Shown in pieces: positions 30,561 through 41,570 of a DNA stretch of 64,000 nucleotides. Numbering within the stretch: the first letter of the stretch is position 1; every line of letters starts with the position of its first letter. Made by a program: the position numbers and the translations under genes. The notes below the pieces were generated by a model. The model was given only the letters and a program-made list of their open reading frames with translations. It had not been told where the DNA came from and searched no databases. The DNA is from an uncultured Planctomycetota bacterium (GTDB taxonomy: Bacteria; Planctomycetota; Planctomycetia; Isosphaerales; Isosphaeraceae), in contig CAWJTV010000034.1 in assembly GCA_963845755.1 (NCBI GenBank), positions 288,001 through 352,000 of the forward strand, in the 5' to 3' direction.

Positions 30561-33496
30561 ACGCGCTCGGCCTGATCTTGCTAGGAAGCATCACACACGC
30601 GACGGGGTTCGCGGTGCTGGGAGTCCTGGTCTACCTGGTATTTCGTCGGCGCGGTCCGGCTGCGGGCTCGCTCGCGGCGGGCTCGAGTCTGTTAATCATG
30701 GTACTGGTGTCGATGGTCGTTCTGAGCCCCTGGCCTCGGTGGTGGACCGTCGCTCCGGAGTCGTTTGCGACAACCTCGGCTGGTGTTCTCAGGGCCGCCG
30801 AGCCGATCGAGCGATCGCCGGCGGCCGAGCAAGGCTCGGAACCCTTGGTGGGACGGTTATCCGACACTTCAAAGGATTCGCGACCGCAGGCGCCGCGAGA
30901 CGCAGACGTGCCGCGACCGACCCTCTTGGCTTTTCTACTCGAAGAGCTGAGACGGCCTACGCTCGAACGAGCCTCATCGCGGTGGGGCTGGCTGGAATGG
31001 CTCGCGGTCGGGTTCTTCATCAGCGTGGCCCTCGGGCTCGTTCGCCTGGGTCTCGGTCTCTGGAGCATGATGCGCCTGCGGGCGCGCAGCGTTCCGATCG
31101 ACGATCGCGAGCTGCACGACGCGATCGAGATCCTGCGGGCCGAATTGAGTTGTACGCGACCGGTGGAAGTTCGGGAACTCGCCGAGCTGGCGACCCCAGC
31201 CACGATCGGATGGAGACGGCCGCTTCTTTTCTTGCCCCGCGACTGGCGCGATTGGAGCTCCGACGAGCGCAGGGCGGTGCTGGCACACGAGCTGGCGACA
31301 CGTCGCCGGGGCGATTTCCTGGCCGGTCTGGCGGCACAGGTTGGCCTGGCGTTGCACTTCTATCATCCCCTGGCGCACTGGCTGGCAAGCCGGCTCCGGC
31401 TGGAGCAGGAACTGGCGGCCGACGCCTGGGGCGGCCCGACTCTCGGGGGGCAAGCCGACGTATCTCGCGACCCTGGCCAAGATGGCCTTGCGCCGCGACA
31501 GCCGCGCCATGACCTGGCCGGCCCGTGCATTTCTCCCGTCACATGGCACCTTTGTTCGGAGGATCGAGATGCTTCGCAATTCGAAACAGATCCGTCCGGG
31601 TTCCCTCTCGGTGGTGACCCGGTTGTTGACGGTCGGCCTCCTCTCGGGGCTGGGCCTCCTGGTTGCCGGTCTGCGCGGGCCGGATGGCGGGTCGCCGGTC
31701 CTGGCTCAGAATCAGCCGATCGCCCAGCCCGATGGTGGTGGGCGCAAGACGCCCTTCATGAGTACAACCTGAACTTCCTCCCGGTTGATACGAAGATGGT
31801 ATTGGCGATCCAGCCCGCTTCACTGCTTCACCGCCGCGATGTCCACTCGATCGTCAGTTCGATCTTGCGCGGGTCGCAACTCCGAAGCGTGCTCGTCCTC
31901 CCTCCGGAGGATATCGATCAGTTCCTCCTGTTCTGGGAAGGAGACCCTCAGCCCGCGGGTGGGCCACAGGTCCTGGGTCAGATTCCTTCGGGATTCGTGC
32001 TGCGTATGTCGAAGCCGCAGGACTGGAAGGCGCACCTGGCCCAGGTCCACGGCCCTTCCGTTGAGGTACGCCACGCAGGCCAGACATACTTGCGTAGTGA
32101 CAATGCTCCCTTGCCCGGGGCCTTTTTCACTCCGGATGACCGGACGCTGGTTCACACCCACAACGAAGAGTTGCTCCGTGAGCTGCTCGAGGACCGCAAC
32201 GCACCCGCTCCGCATCGGTCGTGGGACGAAGCTTGGAAGAAAGTCGCCAAGGGACAGGTGATGATGGGTCTCGAGACGCGCTGGATCCGGCGACGAGTCG
32301 CTCATATTCAGCAGAATGGCCGCCCTGGACCGAGAACGCCTCAAGAAACCCTGGTGTCGCACGTCCAGAGCTTCTCTCCACTCTGGGAGAATGCCCGGTC
32401 CTATGCCTTGGGGATCAACGGCAACGACAAGGGCTTGACCGTCGACCTGGTCGCCGGCACCGGATCCGATCAGGACGCGAAGCCCGTGGCCGAGACGATC
32501 CAGGCCATGGTGATCCTCGGCAAGAATGCGTTGCATGGGCTACCGCAGGATCTCCGTCAGCCCGTCTCGGGCGGCGAGGGCATGGAATGGCTGCTCAAGG
32601 CCGCTGGTTCCCTCCTGGAGAAGGCCGGTGTTGAGACATCTGAGGGATTCGTTCATCTCAGCGCACACTCCTCGGTCGACCTGGCCGAAGGGATCAAGGT
32701 CCTGGTTCCGGTCGTCACGACCGCCCAGGCCTCGAGCCGGCGCTTCCAGAGCGTCAACAACCTCAAGCAGATCGGCCTGGCGTTCTACAATTATCGCGAC
32801 GCGAATAATCGTTTCCCGGCCGCAGTCAATTTCGGCGGGAAGAGCGGCAAGGTGCCCTATAGCTGGCGAGTCGCGATCCTGCCGTATATCGAACAGCAGG
32901 CGTTATACAACGCCTATAACTTCGACGAGCCCTGGGACGGTCCCAACAACCGCAGACTGATCGAGAAGATGCCCGCGATCTACGGTTACCCCGGAGCCGA
33001 GGGAACGCTTGCAATCCCAGGCTATAGCGCGTACTTCGTGTTCACGGGTCCGTCAACCGCCTTGAGTGTTGGCCCTCCCGGTGGGGCCGCGGGTCGAGCG
33101 GGCGGAATGAGCGCAGCGATTGGAGCGACGGGGCAACCTCATCAACCGAACGCCGGTCCTCCGAAGGGGGCTGGTGATCGTCTCAACACTCCTCCGTTGC
33201 AACCAGTTGACGCGCCGGTCTCAGACGAACCCGGCGTGCGCCAGATCACCGATGGAACGTCGAACACGATCCTGGCTGTCGAGTCCAGGCGCGACATCCC
33301 CTGGACCAAGCCCGAGGACATTCCGTTCGATTCCAAAGTGCAACTGCCCAACGTGGGCGAGTTCTCGGAGGACGGCTTCAATGCGCTCTTCGCCGACGGG
33401 TCCGTCCGCTTCGTGAAGAAGTCGATCCAACCGCAGGTCTTGAAGGCCCTGATCACCCGTGACGGTGGCGAGGTCATCAGCAGCGACTCATATTGA
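30557..33496 (+). CDS. M56 (BlaR1-like) peptidase fused to a C-terminal DUF1559 domain (compensating frameshifts near 31300 and 31430-31740)
   Basis: N-terminal TM helices, PATIGWRRP, AVLAHELA, EQELAAD; alternate frame carries YLATLAKMAL...RRIEMLR; C-terminal [46 protein letters not shown]. Confidence 0.88.
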   Translation: MNALGLILLGSITHATGFAVLGVLVYLVFRRRGPAAGSLAAGSSLLIMVLVSMVVLSPWPRWWTVAPESFATTSAGVLRAAEPIERSPAAEQGSEPLVGRLSDTSKDSRPQAPRDADVPRPTLLAFLLEELRRPTLERASSRWGWLEWLAVGFFISVALGLVRLGLGLWSMMRLRARSVPIDDRELHDAIEILRAELSCTRPVEVRELAELATPATIGWRRPLLFLPRDWRDWSSDERRAVLAHELATRRRGDFLAGLAAQVGLALHFYHPLAHWLASRLRLEQELAADAWGGPTLGGQADVSRDPGQDGLAPRQPRHDLAGPCISPVTWHLCSEDRDASQFETDPSGFPLGGDPVVDGRPPLGAGPPGCRSARAGWRVAGPGSESADRPARWWWAQDALHEYNLNFLPVDTKMVLAIQPASLLHRRDVHSIVSSILRGSQLRSVLVLPPEDIDQFLLFWEGDPQPAGGPQVLGQIPSGFVLRMSKPQDWKAHLAQVHGPSVEVRHAGQTYLRSDNAPLPGAFFTPDDRTLVHTHNEELLRELLEDRNAPAPHRSWDEAWKKVAKGQVMMGLETRWIRRRVAHIQQNGRPGPRTPQETLVSHVQSFSPLWENARSYALGINGNDKGLTVDLVAGTGSDQDAKPVAETIQAMVILGKNALHGLPQDLRQPVSGGEGMEWLLKAAGSLLEKAGVETSEGFVHLSAHSSVDLAEGIKVLVPVVTTAQASSRRFQSVNNLKQIGLAFYNYRDANNRFPAAVNFGGKSGKVPYSWRVAILPYIEQQALYNAYNFDEPWDGPNNRRLIEKMPAIYGYPGAEGTLAIPGYSAYFVFTGPSTALSVGPPGGAAGRAGGMSAAIGATGQPHQPNAGPPKGAGDRLNTPPLQPVDAPVSDEPGVRQITDGTSNTILAVESRRDIPWTKPEDIPFDSKVQLPNVGEFSEDGFNALFADGSVRFVKKSIQPQVLKALITRDGGEVISSDSY

Positions 33497-33663
33497 CGGC
33501 TCGTCGCCTCGACCGAGATCCGGCGCTTCGCCAACGGGCCGGGCGGCTCCACTCGAGGGAGTCGCTCGGCCCGCTTCGCGCACGAGCGCGCACGCACTGC
33601 CACGTTGTTCGCGAGCATGGTATATTGAACATTCGCGAGGCCCAAGGCGAGGGAGGACTTGAC

Positions 33664-34324
33664 ATGAGCACCATGATCGCGACCCAGTCGCGCATCGAAC
33701 GCGTTCCCGAGGACCTGCCTCGGATTGAGGTGACGCCGGAGGACTTGCTGGCGATGCCCGACGGCGGGCATTACGAGTTGGTCGACGGCGAATTGAGGGA
33801 GCGCGAAAGTGAGTCCACTATCCAAACTGGTCGCATTTGGAGTCGGCCGCATCCTTGGCAATCATTGCTACCAGCACGACCTTGGCTGGCTCTTCGCGGC
33901 CGATCACGGGTACCGCTGCTTTTCGTGGAAACCTCGACTGGTGAGACGAGCTGACGTCACGTTCATCCGAAAGGAAGGGTATCCCTGGGAGCAACTGTCG
34001 AAGGAAGGATTCACGACGATCCCTCCTGACCTGGCGGTCGAGGTCGTTTCTCCCAACGATGTGGTCCAAGAGCTTCTCGAAAAGGTCCAGGAATACCTCA
34101 GAGCGGGCGTGAGGCTCGTCTGGATCATCAACCCCGAGACTCGTACCGTACAGGTCATCCGTAGCAACAAATCGGGAACGTGGCTCGAGGCTGGGGACGA
34201 GCTCTCGGGCGAGGACGTGATCCCGGGCTTCCGCTGCCGGGTCAGCGACTTCTTCCCCCAGGAAGTCAAGACGGCTGCGGAGCCCGAGCCGGTCCCCGAA
34301 AACGTTAATCTTGATGTCGTTTGA
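33664..34324 (+). CDS. Uma2-family putative endonuclease (frameshift near 33805)
   Basis: YELVDGEL, then PDLAVEVVSPND, YLRAGVRLVWIINP, EDVIPGF; GGAGG RBS. Confidence 0.88.
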
Positions 34325-34368
34325 CCCATCGTCTGCCTTGCGTGTCTGTTGCCCTGGGTAGACCTGCC

Positions 34369-36105
34369 ATGGCCGATTTCGACTCTACAACCCAGGACCA
34401 CCCACCGCGCGAACCGGGACCGCAGAAGGTGCCGCCGCCCGACAGCTTCTTCCCTGACCAACGGGTCATCGAGGGGAGCAGCTCCAAGATGGACTCGGAG
34501 ACGCGTCGGCTGCTCCAGGTCCGGCTCCGCGCCGCGTCCATCGTCCTGGTATTCGGCTTCGGCTTGTTCTTCGTCCGGTCGTTGTTCTTTCACAAGCCGG
34601 ACTCGCTGGCTGTCCTGTTCCACGGACTGATGCTTGCGATGCTGATCGTGAGCCTGGCTCTGCTATCCTGCAGTTGGCGGCCGACGCTTCGCGAGCTTCG
34701 AAACTTCGAGGTGGTGCTCTTCGCCACGCTCATCGCCTGCTTCATGGCGGCGCAATATACTCAGATGCTACGCCGGGCCTATCTGGGCAATCCGCTCATG
34801 TTCCTGGCGGCGGTTAAGAGCAGCGTGCTCTGGACCTTCACGATGATCCTGACTTACGCGATCTTCATCCCGAACCACTGGCGGAGGGCCGCCGGTGTGA
34901 TCGTCCCGATGGCACTGGCGCCCATGGTGGTCCCCTGGGTGCTGGGGAAGCTTCATCCCGAATCGTCCGCGATAGCTATCCCTGCGGCCAACCTCGAGCA
35001 GGTCAGCGAGCACGGATTGTTCCTGCTTCTCGGCGCGTTCACGGCGATCTTCGGCACGCACATCATCAACACGCTACGGACCGAGGCCTTCGCTGCGCGC
35101 TTGCAGAGCCAGTATCAGCTCGGCCCCAAGCTCGGCAGTGGCGGCATGGGCGAGGTGTACCTGGCGGAACATCAGTTGCTCAAGCGGCCCTGCGCCATCA
35201 AGCTGATCCGTCAGGAGCGTTCGAGCGACGCCCATACGATGGCCCGGTTCGAGCGCGAGGTCCGTGCGACCGCCCGGTTGTCGCACTGGAACACGATCGA
35301 GATCTTCGACTACGGCCGCACCGACGACGGCACGTTCTACTATGTGATGGAATACCTGCCCGGCCTGAGCCTGGACATCCTGGTCCGCCGCCATGGGCCG
35401 CTCGCCCCGGCCCGGGTGATCTACCTGCTGCGCCAGGCGTGTGAGGCCCTCAATGAGGCGCATGGGGTGGGCTTGATTCATCGCGACATCAAGCCGGCTA
35501 ACCTGTTCGCCGCCTATCGGGGTGGCCTCCATGACGTGACCAAGCTGCTGGACTTCGGGCTGGTCAAGACCTTGCAGGGAGACGAAGCGATCCAGCTTTC
35601 GCAGGAGAACATGATCGCCGGCTCACCGCTTTACGTCGCGCCCGAACAGGTCATTCACAGCCAGCCTCCCGACCGGCGGGCAGACATCTACTCGCTGGGT
35701 GCGGTCGCCTATTTCCTTCTGACGGGCCGCCCGCCGTTTCTGGGCGACAGCGCGTTCGAGGTCATGATGGCGCACACCCAGGACGCCGTGATCCCGCCCT
35801 CAGCGATCCGGCCCGGGCTCCCCGGGGACCTGGAGCGCGTCGTTTTGCGGTGCCTGGCCAAGAAGCCCGGCGATCGATTCCCCGACGCATCGAGGCTCGC
35901 CGAGGCGCTCGGCGCCTGCTCCGAAGCTGCGAATTGGTCGCCCCGGCATGCCGCCCGATGGTGGCAGGCCCATGAGGGCGATTTCGCTCGCGAACCGGCC
36001 CAGTCCGAGTCCGGGGGCTGTGAGCCTGGCGCATCCCGTTATCGAAGCGACGAGCCAAGCTCCGACCCGGCTCTGGAATCGGCCGAGACGCCGCGCCTGA
36101 TGTGA
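34369..36105 (+). CDS. Membrane Ser/Thr protein kinase with N-terminal multi-TM region
   Basis: Several hydrophobic helices, then GSGGMGEVY, AIK, HRDIKPAN, DFG, GSPLYVAPE. Confidence 0.93.
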   Translation: MADFDSTTQDHPPREPGPQKVPPPDSFFPDQRVIEGSSSKMDSETRRLLQVRLRAASIVLVFGFGLFFVRSLFFHKPDSLAVLFHGLMLAMLIVSLALLSCSWRPTLRELRNFEVVLFATLIACFMAAQYTQMLRRAYLGNPLMFLAAVKSSVLWTFTMILTYAIFIPNHWRRAAGVIVPMALAPMVVPWVLGKLHPESSAIAIPAANLEQVSEHGLFLLLGAFTAIFGTHIINTLRTEAFAARLQSQYQLGPKLGSGGMGEVYLAEHQLLKRPCAIKLIRQERSSDAHTMARFEREVRATARLSHWNTIEIFDYGRTDDGTFYYVMEYLPGLSLDILVRRHGPLAPARVIYLLRQACEALNEAHGVGLIHRDIKPANLFAAYRGGLHDVTKLLDFGLVKTLQGDEAIQLSQENMIAGSPLYVAPEQVIHSQPPDRRADIYSLGAVAYFLLTGRPPFLGDSAFEVMMAHTQDAVIPPSAIRPGLPGDLERVVLRCLAKKPGDRFPDASRLAEALGACSEAANWSPRHAARWWQAHEGDFAREPAQSESGGCEPGASRYRSDEPSSDPALESAETPRLM

Positions 36106-37292
36106 CCCCGGAATTCACGACAGCACCCCGCACAACCGCACGCGAGGCGATGCAACCAACTCCAACCTTTCCCGAGCCGAATGATGAGCGTGCCCGACGC
36201 GCCTGGCTGACGGAGCCGCTCGATGTCACGGTCCACCTGGCCTTCGCATTCGACGTCGGAGACGAGATCGACCTGGATCGCGCCAGGACGATTCTCCAGG
36301 GGGAGCCCGGCCAGTTGCCCCGGCGCCGTCGTACGCCCGAATCGATCGGCTACCGGCCGGCCCCGATCCGGGTTGAGGTCGACCCCGTCGGGGTTCGGTT
36401 GCCGGGCGAACCGTCGATGATCCGGCCGGCCCGCGGCGAGCTCACGCTCTTCGATTTCGGCGCGATCTCTCTGACCGTGCGGTTCTCGCTGGTGGCGAGC
36501 CCCCTGGCCTTGACCGAGTTGGCTGGCCGGCTCGCCGAACCGGCCCCCATGACCGAAGCGGCGCGTCGGCTCCTCGAACCGTGGCTCCGCCAGATCCAGC
36601 CGGCCGTCTCGGACTATGCCTTCAGCGAGATCAGCGAGGAATACATCGTTTTCCAGCTAGGAGGGCGACGCACCGGCTGGCTCGAGGATCGCGCCGACTG
36701 GATCGCCGGGCTCGTGCGCCTGGAATCCGACCCGCTCAGCGCCGGTGAGATCCGCGAGGCCACCCGGCTGAGCCTCTCGTACACGCCCAGCGACCTGGTC
36801 ATTCTCGACTGGGCCGCGGGGTTCGTCGCCGACACCGATTGTGCCGATACCTTGCAGGTCATCGAGTTCGCCAACGTCCAGCTCCTGGAGTTCCGCCACA
36901 TCGACGACCGTCTGGACGATCGACTCGAGGCGGCCTACCGGCTCATCCGTCCCGAGCGGCGATCCCGGCGAATGCCCCGGTTCTGGAGGCTCCACGGCGA
37001 CGCCGTGCGGCAGATCCGCGAGATGGAGATCGAGGCCACCAGCTTGTTCGAGCGGGTCAACAACTCGTTGAAGCTGATCGGCGACCACTACCTGGCGCGC
37101 GTCTTCGAGGTCGCCTCAACGCGGTTCCACCTCCGCGACTGGCAACAGAGCATCCGCCGCAAACTGGAGACCGTCGGCGACGTCTACGACCTCCTCGTGC
37201 AGCAGGCCGGCGGCCAGCGCATGGAAGCCCTGGAAATCACCGTCGTCGTGCTGATCGCATTGGAGATCGTGCTCGCTGTCCTGCGTCATTGA
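36102..37292 (+). CDS. Hypothetical protein, RMD1/DUF155-like, with C-terminal TM helix
   Basis: 396-aa ORF; LFDFGAIS, IEFANVQLLEFR, terminal LEITVVVLIALEIVL. Family call from memory; start may be ATG 36150. Confidence 0.6.
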   Translation: MTPEFTTAPRTTAREAMQPTPTFPEPNDERARRAWLTEPLDVTVHLAFAFDVGDEIDLDRARTILQGEPGQLPRRRRTPESIGYRPAPIRVEVDPVGVRLPGEPSMIRPARGELTLFDFGAISLTVRFSLVASPLALTELAGRLAEPAPMTEAARRLLEPWLRQIQPAVSDYAFSEISEEYIVFQLGGRRTGWLEDRADWIAGLVRLESDPLSAGEIREATRLSLSYTPSDLVILDWAAGFVADTDCADTLQVIEFANVQLLEFRHIDDRLDDRLEAAYRLIRPERRSRRMPRFWRLHGDAVRQIREMEIEATSLFERVNNSLKLIGDHYLARVFEVASTRFHLRDWQQSIRRKLETVGDVYDLLVQQAGGQRMEALEITVVVLIALEIVLAVLRH

Positions 37293-37339
37293 GGGAGGGC
37301 TGTCACGTCGCAGATCCGGGTGCCCGGTCTCTGCGGCGC

Positions 37340-38749
37340 TCAGTGATGGAACATCGCGGCCCGGCCGACTTCGTCCCCTCCACTCGCGATGCGGGCCTGA
37401 TCCTCGTCGTGCGGCAGATGCCTCGAGCCCAGGAGGAAAAAGATACACCCCAGTACCAGGACCGGCACGACCGCAAGCATGGCTACGGCGAGGTTGGTTA
37501 CACCATCGGGCGTATCGACGGGTGTCGCGCCGATGGAGGCGAAGAACTGACCGAGCGACGACGCGGCGATGCTCGGTTTGCCGAAGAACTCGGAGATCCA
37601 TCCCAGGATGATCGGAGAACTGATGTCGCCAAACAAGTGGATGAGAAAGATGAAGGAAGCGTAGCCAGCCGCGCGGCGATTTGCCGGCACCACGTTGGCT
37701 GTCACCGTATTGCAGGGCCCCAGCACCATCGACAAGAGGACCGAGGCCCCGAATAAGAAGCCCAGTGAGACCTTGTAATCGTGGTCGAGAATCCCGACGA
37801 CCGCCAGCGGCGCTGCGGCCAGTACGACCGCCGCGGCGAGCAGGAGATAGGCCCGCCGGGTCAGTTTCCGCAGGAGATCCGGGAGAAACATCCCCAGCAA
37901 GATGCCGAGGATCCCGGCGCCGACCAACAGAAGACCAATCCAGAATCCGGCGTCCCCTGCCGAGAGACCATACACGCGTTGATAGTAAGTCGAGCCCCAG
38001 GCCGCATACGCGCCGGTCGCGAAGGTGACTGCCGCCATGCCGGCGGTGTTGTAGAGGAACGTTGGCGTCTTGAACAGGACGAGGTATTCTTTCAGACTGG
38101 GTCGATCCACGAACTTGGCGCCCGCGCTGCCTTCCGACGCCCCTCGGCCGGGATCCATGATGGCCAGGCCCGCGAGTGCGGCCAGGAGCCCGGGCATCCC
38201 GACGACGAAGAAGACCGCCTGCCACCCCAGCCGATCCGCGATCGATCCTCCCAGGATGTATCCCAGGGCCGTTCCGACGGGTAGGGCCAGGTAATAGACT
38301 CCCATCGCCCGGCCCCGCTCCTTGATCGAGAACAGGTCCGCGATCAGCGCCGGCGCGATCGCGCCGTAGCTGGCCTCTCCCAGGCCCAGGAGTGCCCGCC
38401 AGAAGAACATATGATAGAAGTCGGCCGAAAACGCCGTGAAGACCGTGGCGAAGCTCCAGAGCCCGACTCCCCCCGCGAGCAGCAGCTTGCGACTATAACG
38501 ATCCCCCATCCAGCCCATCACCGGCGAGACGATGGTATACACAATCATGAACGAGACGCCAAGAACGCCGAACCAGTAATCGTTGATGTTCAAAGCCGTT
38601 TGGATATGAGTTCCGGCCGCGAAGAATGAGAAACGATCGATGTAGTTCAACAGGTTCATCGCGAACAGGACAGCCAGAGCGAAATACTTACCGCCGAATA
38701 CCGGCAGCCTCGCCGTTTCCTTGACCATTTCAGGCTTCGGGGGATGCAT
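37340..38749 (-). CDS. MFS transporter, spinster-like
   Basis: NLLNYIDR, GWMGDRYSRK, RALLGLGEASY; about 12 hydrophobic segments. Confidence 0.92.
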   Translation of the reverse strand: MHPPKPEMVKETARLPVFGGKYFALAVLFAMNLLNYIDRFSFFAAGTHIQTALNINDYWFGVLGVSFMIVYTIVSPVMGWMGDRYSRKLLLAGGVGLWSFATVFTAFSADFYHMFFWRALLGLGEASYGAIAPALIADLFSIKERGRAMGVYYLALPVGTALGYILGGSIADRLGWQAVFFVVGMPGLLAALAGLAIMDPGRGASEGSAGAKFVDRPSLKEYLVLFKTPTFLYNTAGMAAVTFATGAYAAWGSTYYQRVYGLSAGDAGFWIGLLLVGAGILGILLGMFLPDLLRKLTRRAYLLLAAAVVLAAAPLAVVGILDHDYKVSLGFLFGASVLLSMVLGPCNTVTANVVPANRRAAGYASFIFLIHLFGDISSPIILGWISEFFGKPSIAASSLGQFFASIGATPVDTPDGVTNLAVAMLAVVPVLVLGCIFFLLGSRHLPHDEDQARIASGGDEVGRAAMFHH

Positions 38750-38974
38750 TACCAGGTAACCTCGCCGAAAGAAGAATGGATGATTCGAGATCCCACGTTA
38801 TACCGTGTGGATGGCAGGTTGCGAAAGTCATGTCCAGCCGTCCGTTGATCGCCGACACGCAAGGCAAGCCGGGGACGCCCCCACCGCGCGACATCGCGGA
38901 TCGGCGGGTCGGACCCAAGGAACTGGGGCTGATCTTTGGCCTGGGCCGGATGTCGGAAGGGCCCCCGACTCCGG

Positions 38975-39811
38975 TCACACGGCCGCCGACATCGTCGCGT
39001 CGTGGGGAACGTATTCGAATCGGGCACACTGCGTGAAGAACGATAGGGGATTGTCGTGGACGATCTTGCGGATGATCGCGTCGTCGTGGCCGCGCCGGCG
39101 CATCTCGAAGATGAACTCGGGAACCGCCAGGGGATCGCTGTGTCCCCAGTCGCCGGCCGAGTTGACCATGACCCGATCCGGGCCGTAGACCTCGATCATG
39201 TCGGCAGCCCGCTGGGGGGTGCACTTGGTGATCGGATAGAGCGTCATGCCGACCCAGTGGCCGGCATCGAGCGCGGCGCGGATCGTGTGCTCTTCCACAT
39301 GATCGATGCACACCCGCTCCGGACGGATCCGCACGTCATCCCGCAGCATGTCCAGGATCATCCGCGTCCCCTGGTACTTGTCGGCCAGGTGCGGCGTGTG
39401 GACGAGGATCAGCTCATCTGTCCGCGCAGCCAGGTCGAGATGCTCGAGGAACACGGTCGACTCGTTGCGCGTGTTCTTGTTCAGGCCGATCTCACCGATC
39501 CCGAGCACTCCCGGCCGGTCGAGGAACTCCGGGATCATCGCGATCACCTCGCGCGACAGCGCGACATTCTCGGCCTCCTTGGCGTTGATGCAGAGCCAGC
39601 ATTGATGCGCGATGCCGTAGACCGCGGCCCGCTTGGGCTCGTACTCGGTCAACTGGCGGAAGTAGTCGCGAAAGCCTTCGGCGCCCGAGCGGTCGAACCC
39701 CGCCCAGAACGCCGGCTCGCTGACCATCTCGCAGCCGGCCAGCGCCATGCGCTTGTAGTCGTCGGTCACGCGAGAGACCATGTGAATGTGCGGATCGATG
39801 TAGGCGGTCAT
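38975..39811 (-). CDS. TatD-family metal-dependent hydrolase (EboB-like)
   Basis: DPHIH, GIGEIGL, VHTPH, IDH, NSAGDWG. Confidence 0.9.
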   Translation of the reverse strand: MTAYIDPHIHMVSRVTDDYKRMALAGCEMVSEPAFWAGFDRSGAEGFRDYFRQLTEYEPKRAAVYGIAHQCWLCINAKEAENVALSREVIAMIPEFLDRPGVLGIGEIGLNKNTRNESTVFLEHLDLAARTDELILVHTPHLADKYQGTRMILDMLRDDVRIRPERVCIDHVEEHTIRAALDAGHWVGMTLYPITKCTPQRAADMIEVYGPDRVMVNSAGDWGHSDPLAVPEFIFEMRRRGHDDAIIRKIVHDNPLSFFTQCARFEYVPHDATMSAAV

Positions 39812-39827
39812 AGGATGTAGCTCCAGG

Positions 39828-40400
39828 TCACGCTGGCCAGGGATGAACGAGGCCGATCACGTTCACCAGGTGATTGCGTACAGCTCGGTCGGTTGCTCGT
39901 CCTAACCTCAGGAAGAAATCGGGAAGTTGGCTGGAATAGTCATTATTAACCAGCGGTCGCGGATTGATCCCGTGGGCGATCTGGTGACGCAGCCGCATCG
40001 CCGCTGCTAGTCGCTGGATGGCTTGTCCCGAGGCGCAGTTCTGCCAGACCCACGATTGCTGCACATCTTGCAGGCCGAGCGCGTCGGAGAGAAGCATTCG
40101 CACGTTTTCCATGTTGGGGTTGTTGAACCGTCCCAACTGGCCGTGTATCCAAGCATTGTGTACGGACCACGCACCCCGGGGAGGGACCGCAGGCCGCATG
40201 ACGACGATCGATTCACGGACCAGCTCTTCGATGTAAGCTTCCCAGGCGGAAACGCAGATCACCACGGTTGCGCGGTTCAAAGACGCCAGCCCGTACTGGC
40301 GCCCGGGTCTACCCGTTTTCAGACGGTCGTGGGCCGAATCCAGCTCCCTGGCGTCCTTGAACAGCTGTTGCAGATGGACTGTGAACGCATCGGAGGCCAA
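39828..40400 (-). CDS. HEPN-domain protein (RiboL-PSP/MAE_28990-like)
   Basis: [25 protein letters not shown] and the R-x4-H motif RHQIAH; TTG start. Confidence 0.78.
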   Translation of the reverse strand: MASDAFTVHLQQLFKDARELDSAHDRLKTGRPGRQYGLASLNRATVVICVSAWEAYIEELVRESIVVMRPAVPPRGAWSVHNAWIHGQLGRFNNPNMENVRMLLSDALGLQDVQQSWVWQNCASGQAIQRLAAAMRLRHQIAHGINPRPLVNNDYSSQLPDFFLRLGRATDRAVRNHLVNVIGLVHPWPA

Positions 40401-40409
40401 GGCGTCACC

Positions 40410-40886
40410 CTACTTTCGCGCCCGGGTCGGTTTTCGCAGGTGCTGGTCCAGCTCGTCCACATCGATCTGACTCTCCTCCAACTTAACCAGTCCGTCTGTC
40501 AGGGTTGAGGCAAACGATCCGAGCCCGACGATGAAGGACCTGGCCGATTCCGGCTCGTCGAACTCGTCCTTGATCTCCACAAATCGCGCGGCCAAGTCTT
40601 GCGTGCCGAAGTATTGAAGACCGAGATAAACGATCAGAATGAGCTGGTAGACCAGATCCTCCGAAAGCCTCTCCAGGAGCTCGCGGATCTGGGCTTTTTG
40701 AGGAATCGGCGGTTCCGGATCTTCCCAGGGACCCACGAGCGGCCAATCTGCGTAGAACTTTGGGAGCTCGTTAAAAACGTAGTCGCTGCGCTCTTCGTCC
40801 AGGCGGATCAATTTCGGAATGACTTCCGAGAGCTTCGGGGCACCTTTCTTCTCAGCCGGTGCTCGTCTGGGATGTCGGGGTTTCAT
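40410..40886 (-). CDS. Hypothetical protein with DUF3775-like C-terminal region
   Basis: LSEDLVYQLILIVYLG...TLTDGLVKL recalls the DUF3775 pattern; 9 bp from the HEPN gene. Confidence 0.6.
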   Translation of the reverse strand: MKPRHPRRAPAEKKGAPKLSEVIPKLIRLDEERSDYVFNELPKFYADWPLVGPWEDPEPPIPQKAQIRELLERLSEDLVYQLILIVYLGLQYFGTQDLAARFVEIKDEFDEPESARSFIVGLGSFASTLTDGLVKLEESQIDVDELDQHLRKPTRARK

Positions 40887-40950
40887 GCTCGTCCTCGAGA
40901 TCGCGCCGTGGAAACGTCGTCCACTGTCATTGATGGGAGTCGGCGCCGAG

Positions 40951-41234
40951 TCAACGGCCGTGGGCCCGAGATCGGAGTAGGCTCATTTTCTCGCGCCAGG
41001 CGGGGTTGTAATCCAGCGAGAAGATCCGCTGAATCGTCTCGGCGCGTCCAGGACCGGGTTCGACGAGGGCCTCGAGGGCGCGCCGGAGCTGACTAAGTCG
41101 GGCATCCGGGTGTTCGTTGTGCCGCGCCGGGCGCGGTCGATCCGGTCGAGGGTGGCGGCGATTTCCAGAATCTTGCACCGCGCCTCGAGGAAATCGTGGT
41201 CGAGGACCTCGGCCGCATCGCGTTTGTTGAGCAT
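40951..41234 (-). CDS. Small hypothetical protein (frameshift near 41125)
   Basis: AEVLDHDFLEARCKILEIAATLDRIDRA joins DARLSQLRRALEAL...RAETIQRIFSLDYNPAW in the adjacent frame; GGAGG RBS. Confidence 0.7.
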
Positions 41235-41570
41235 CTCTTGCGTCCTCCGTCACCTGAGGGGTCTCGATCTATCATGGCAGAACCGGTTTCCCCGTGCAAA
41301 TCGCTCGCGTTCGAGGAAGCGATCTGGCGGGCTGCTTGACTTGGAAGAAACCTTCCATCCTCGAGCCCGCAACCCCTCGCCGCAGGCCATCCCGCCAACG
41401 GACTTTTCGCCATAACATGAATCCCTGTAATGAGAAGGCCAGATTATGTCCGGGCGTCTCCTTGGTTCCGAGTTTTCGATCTGGTATGGTGGTTGTCATG
41501 ACGCCGCGGTTGCCGATTCTGGCAATCAACGCAGTGGCGCTCCCTTTGCTGATCGAGAAGGAGACAAGCG

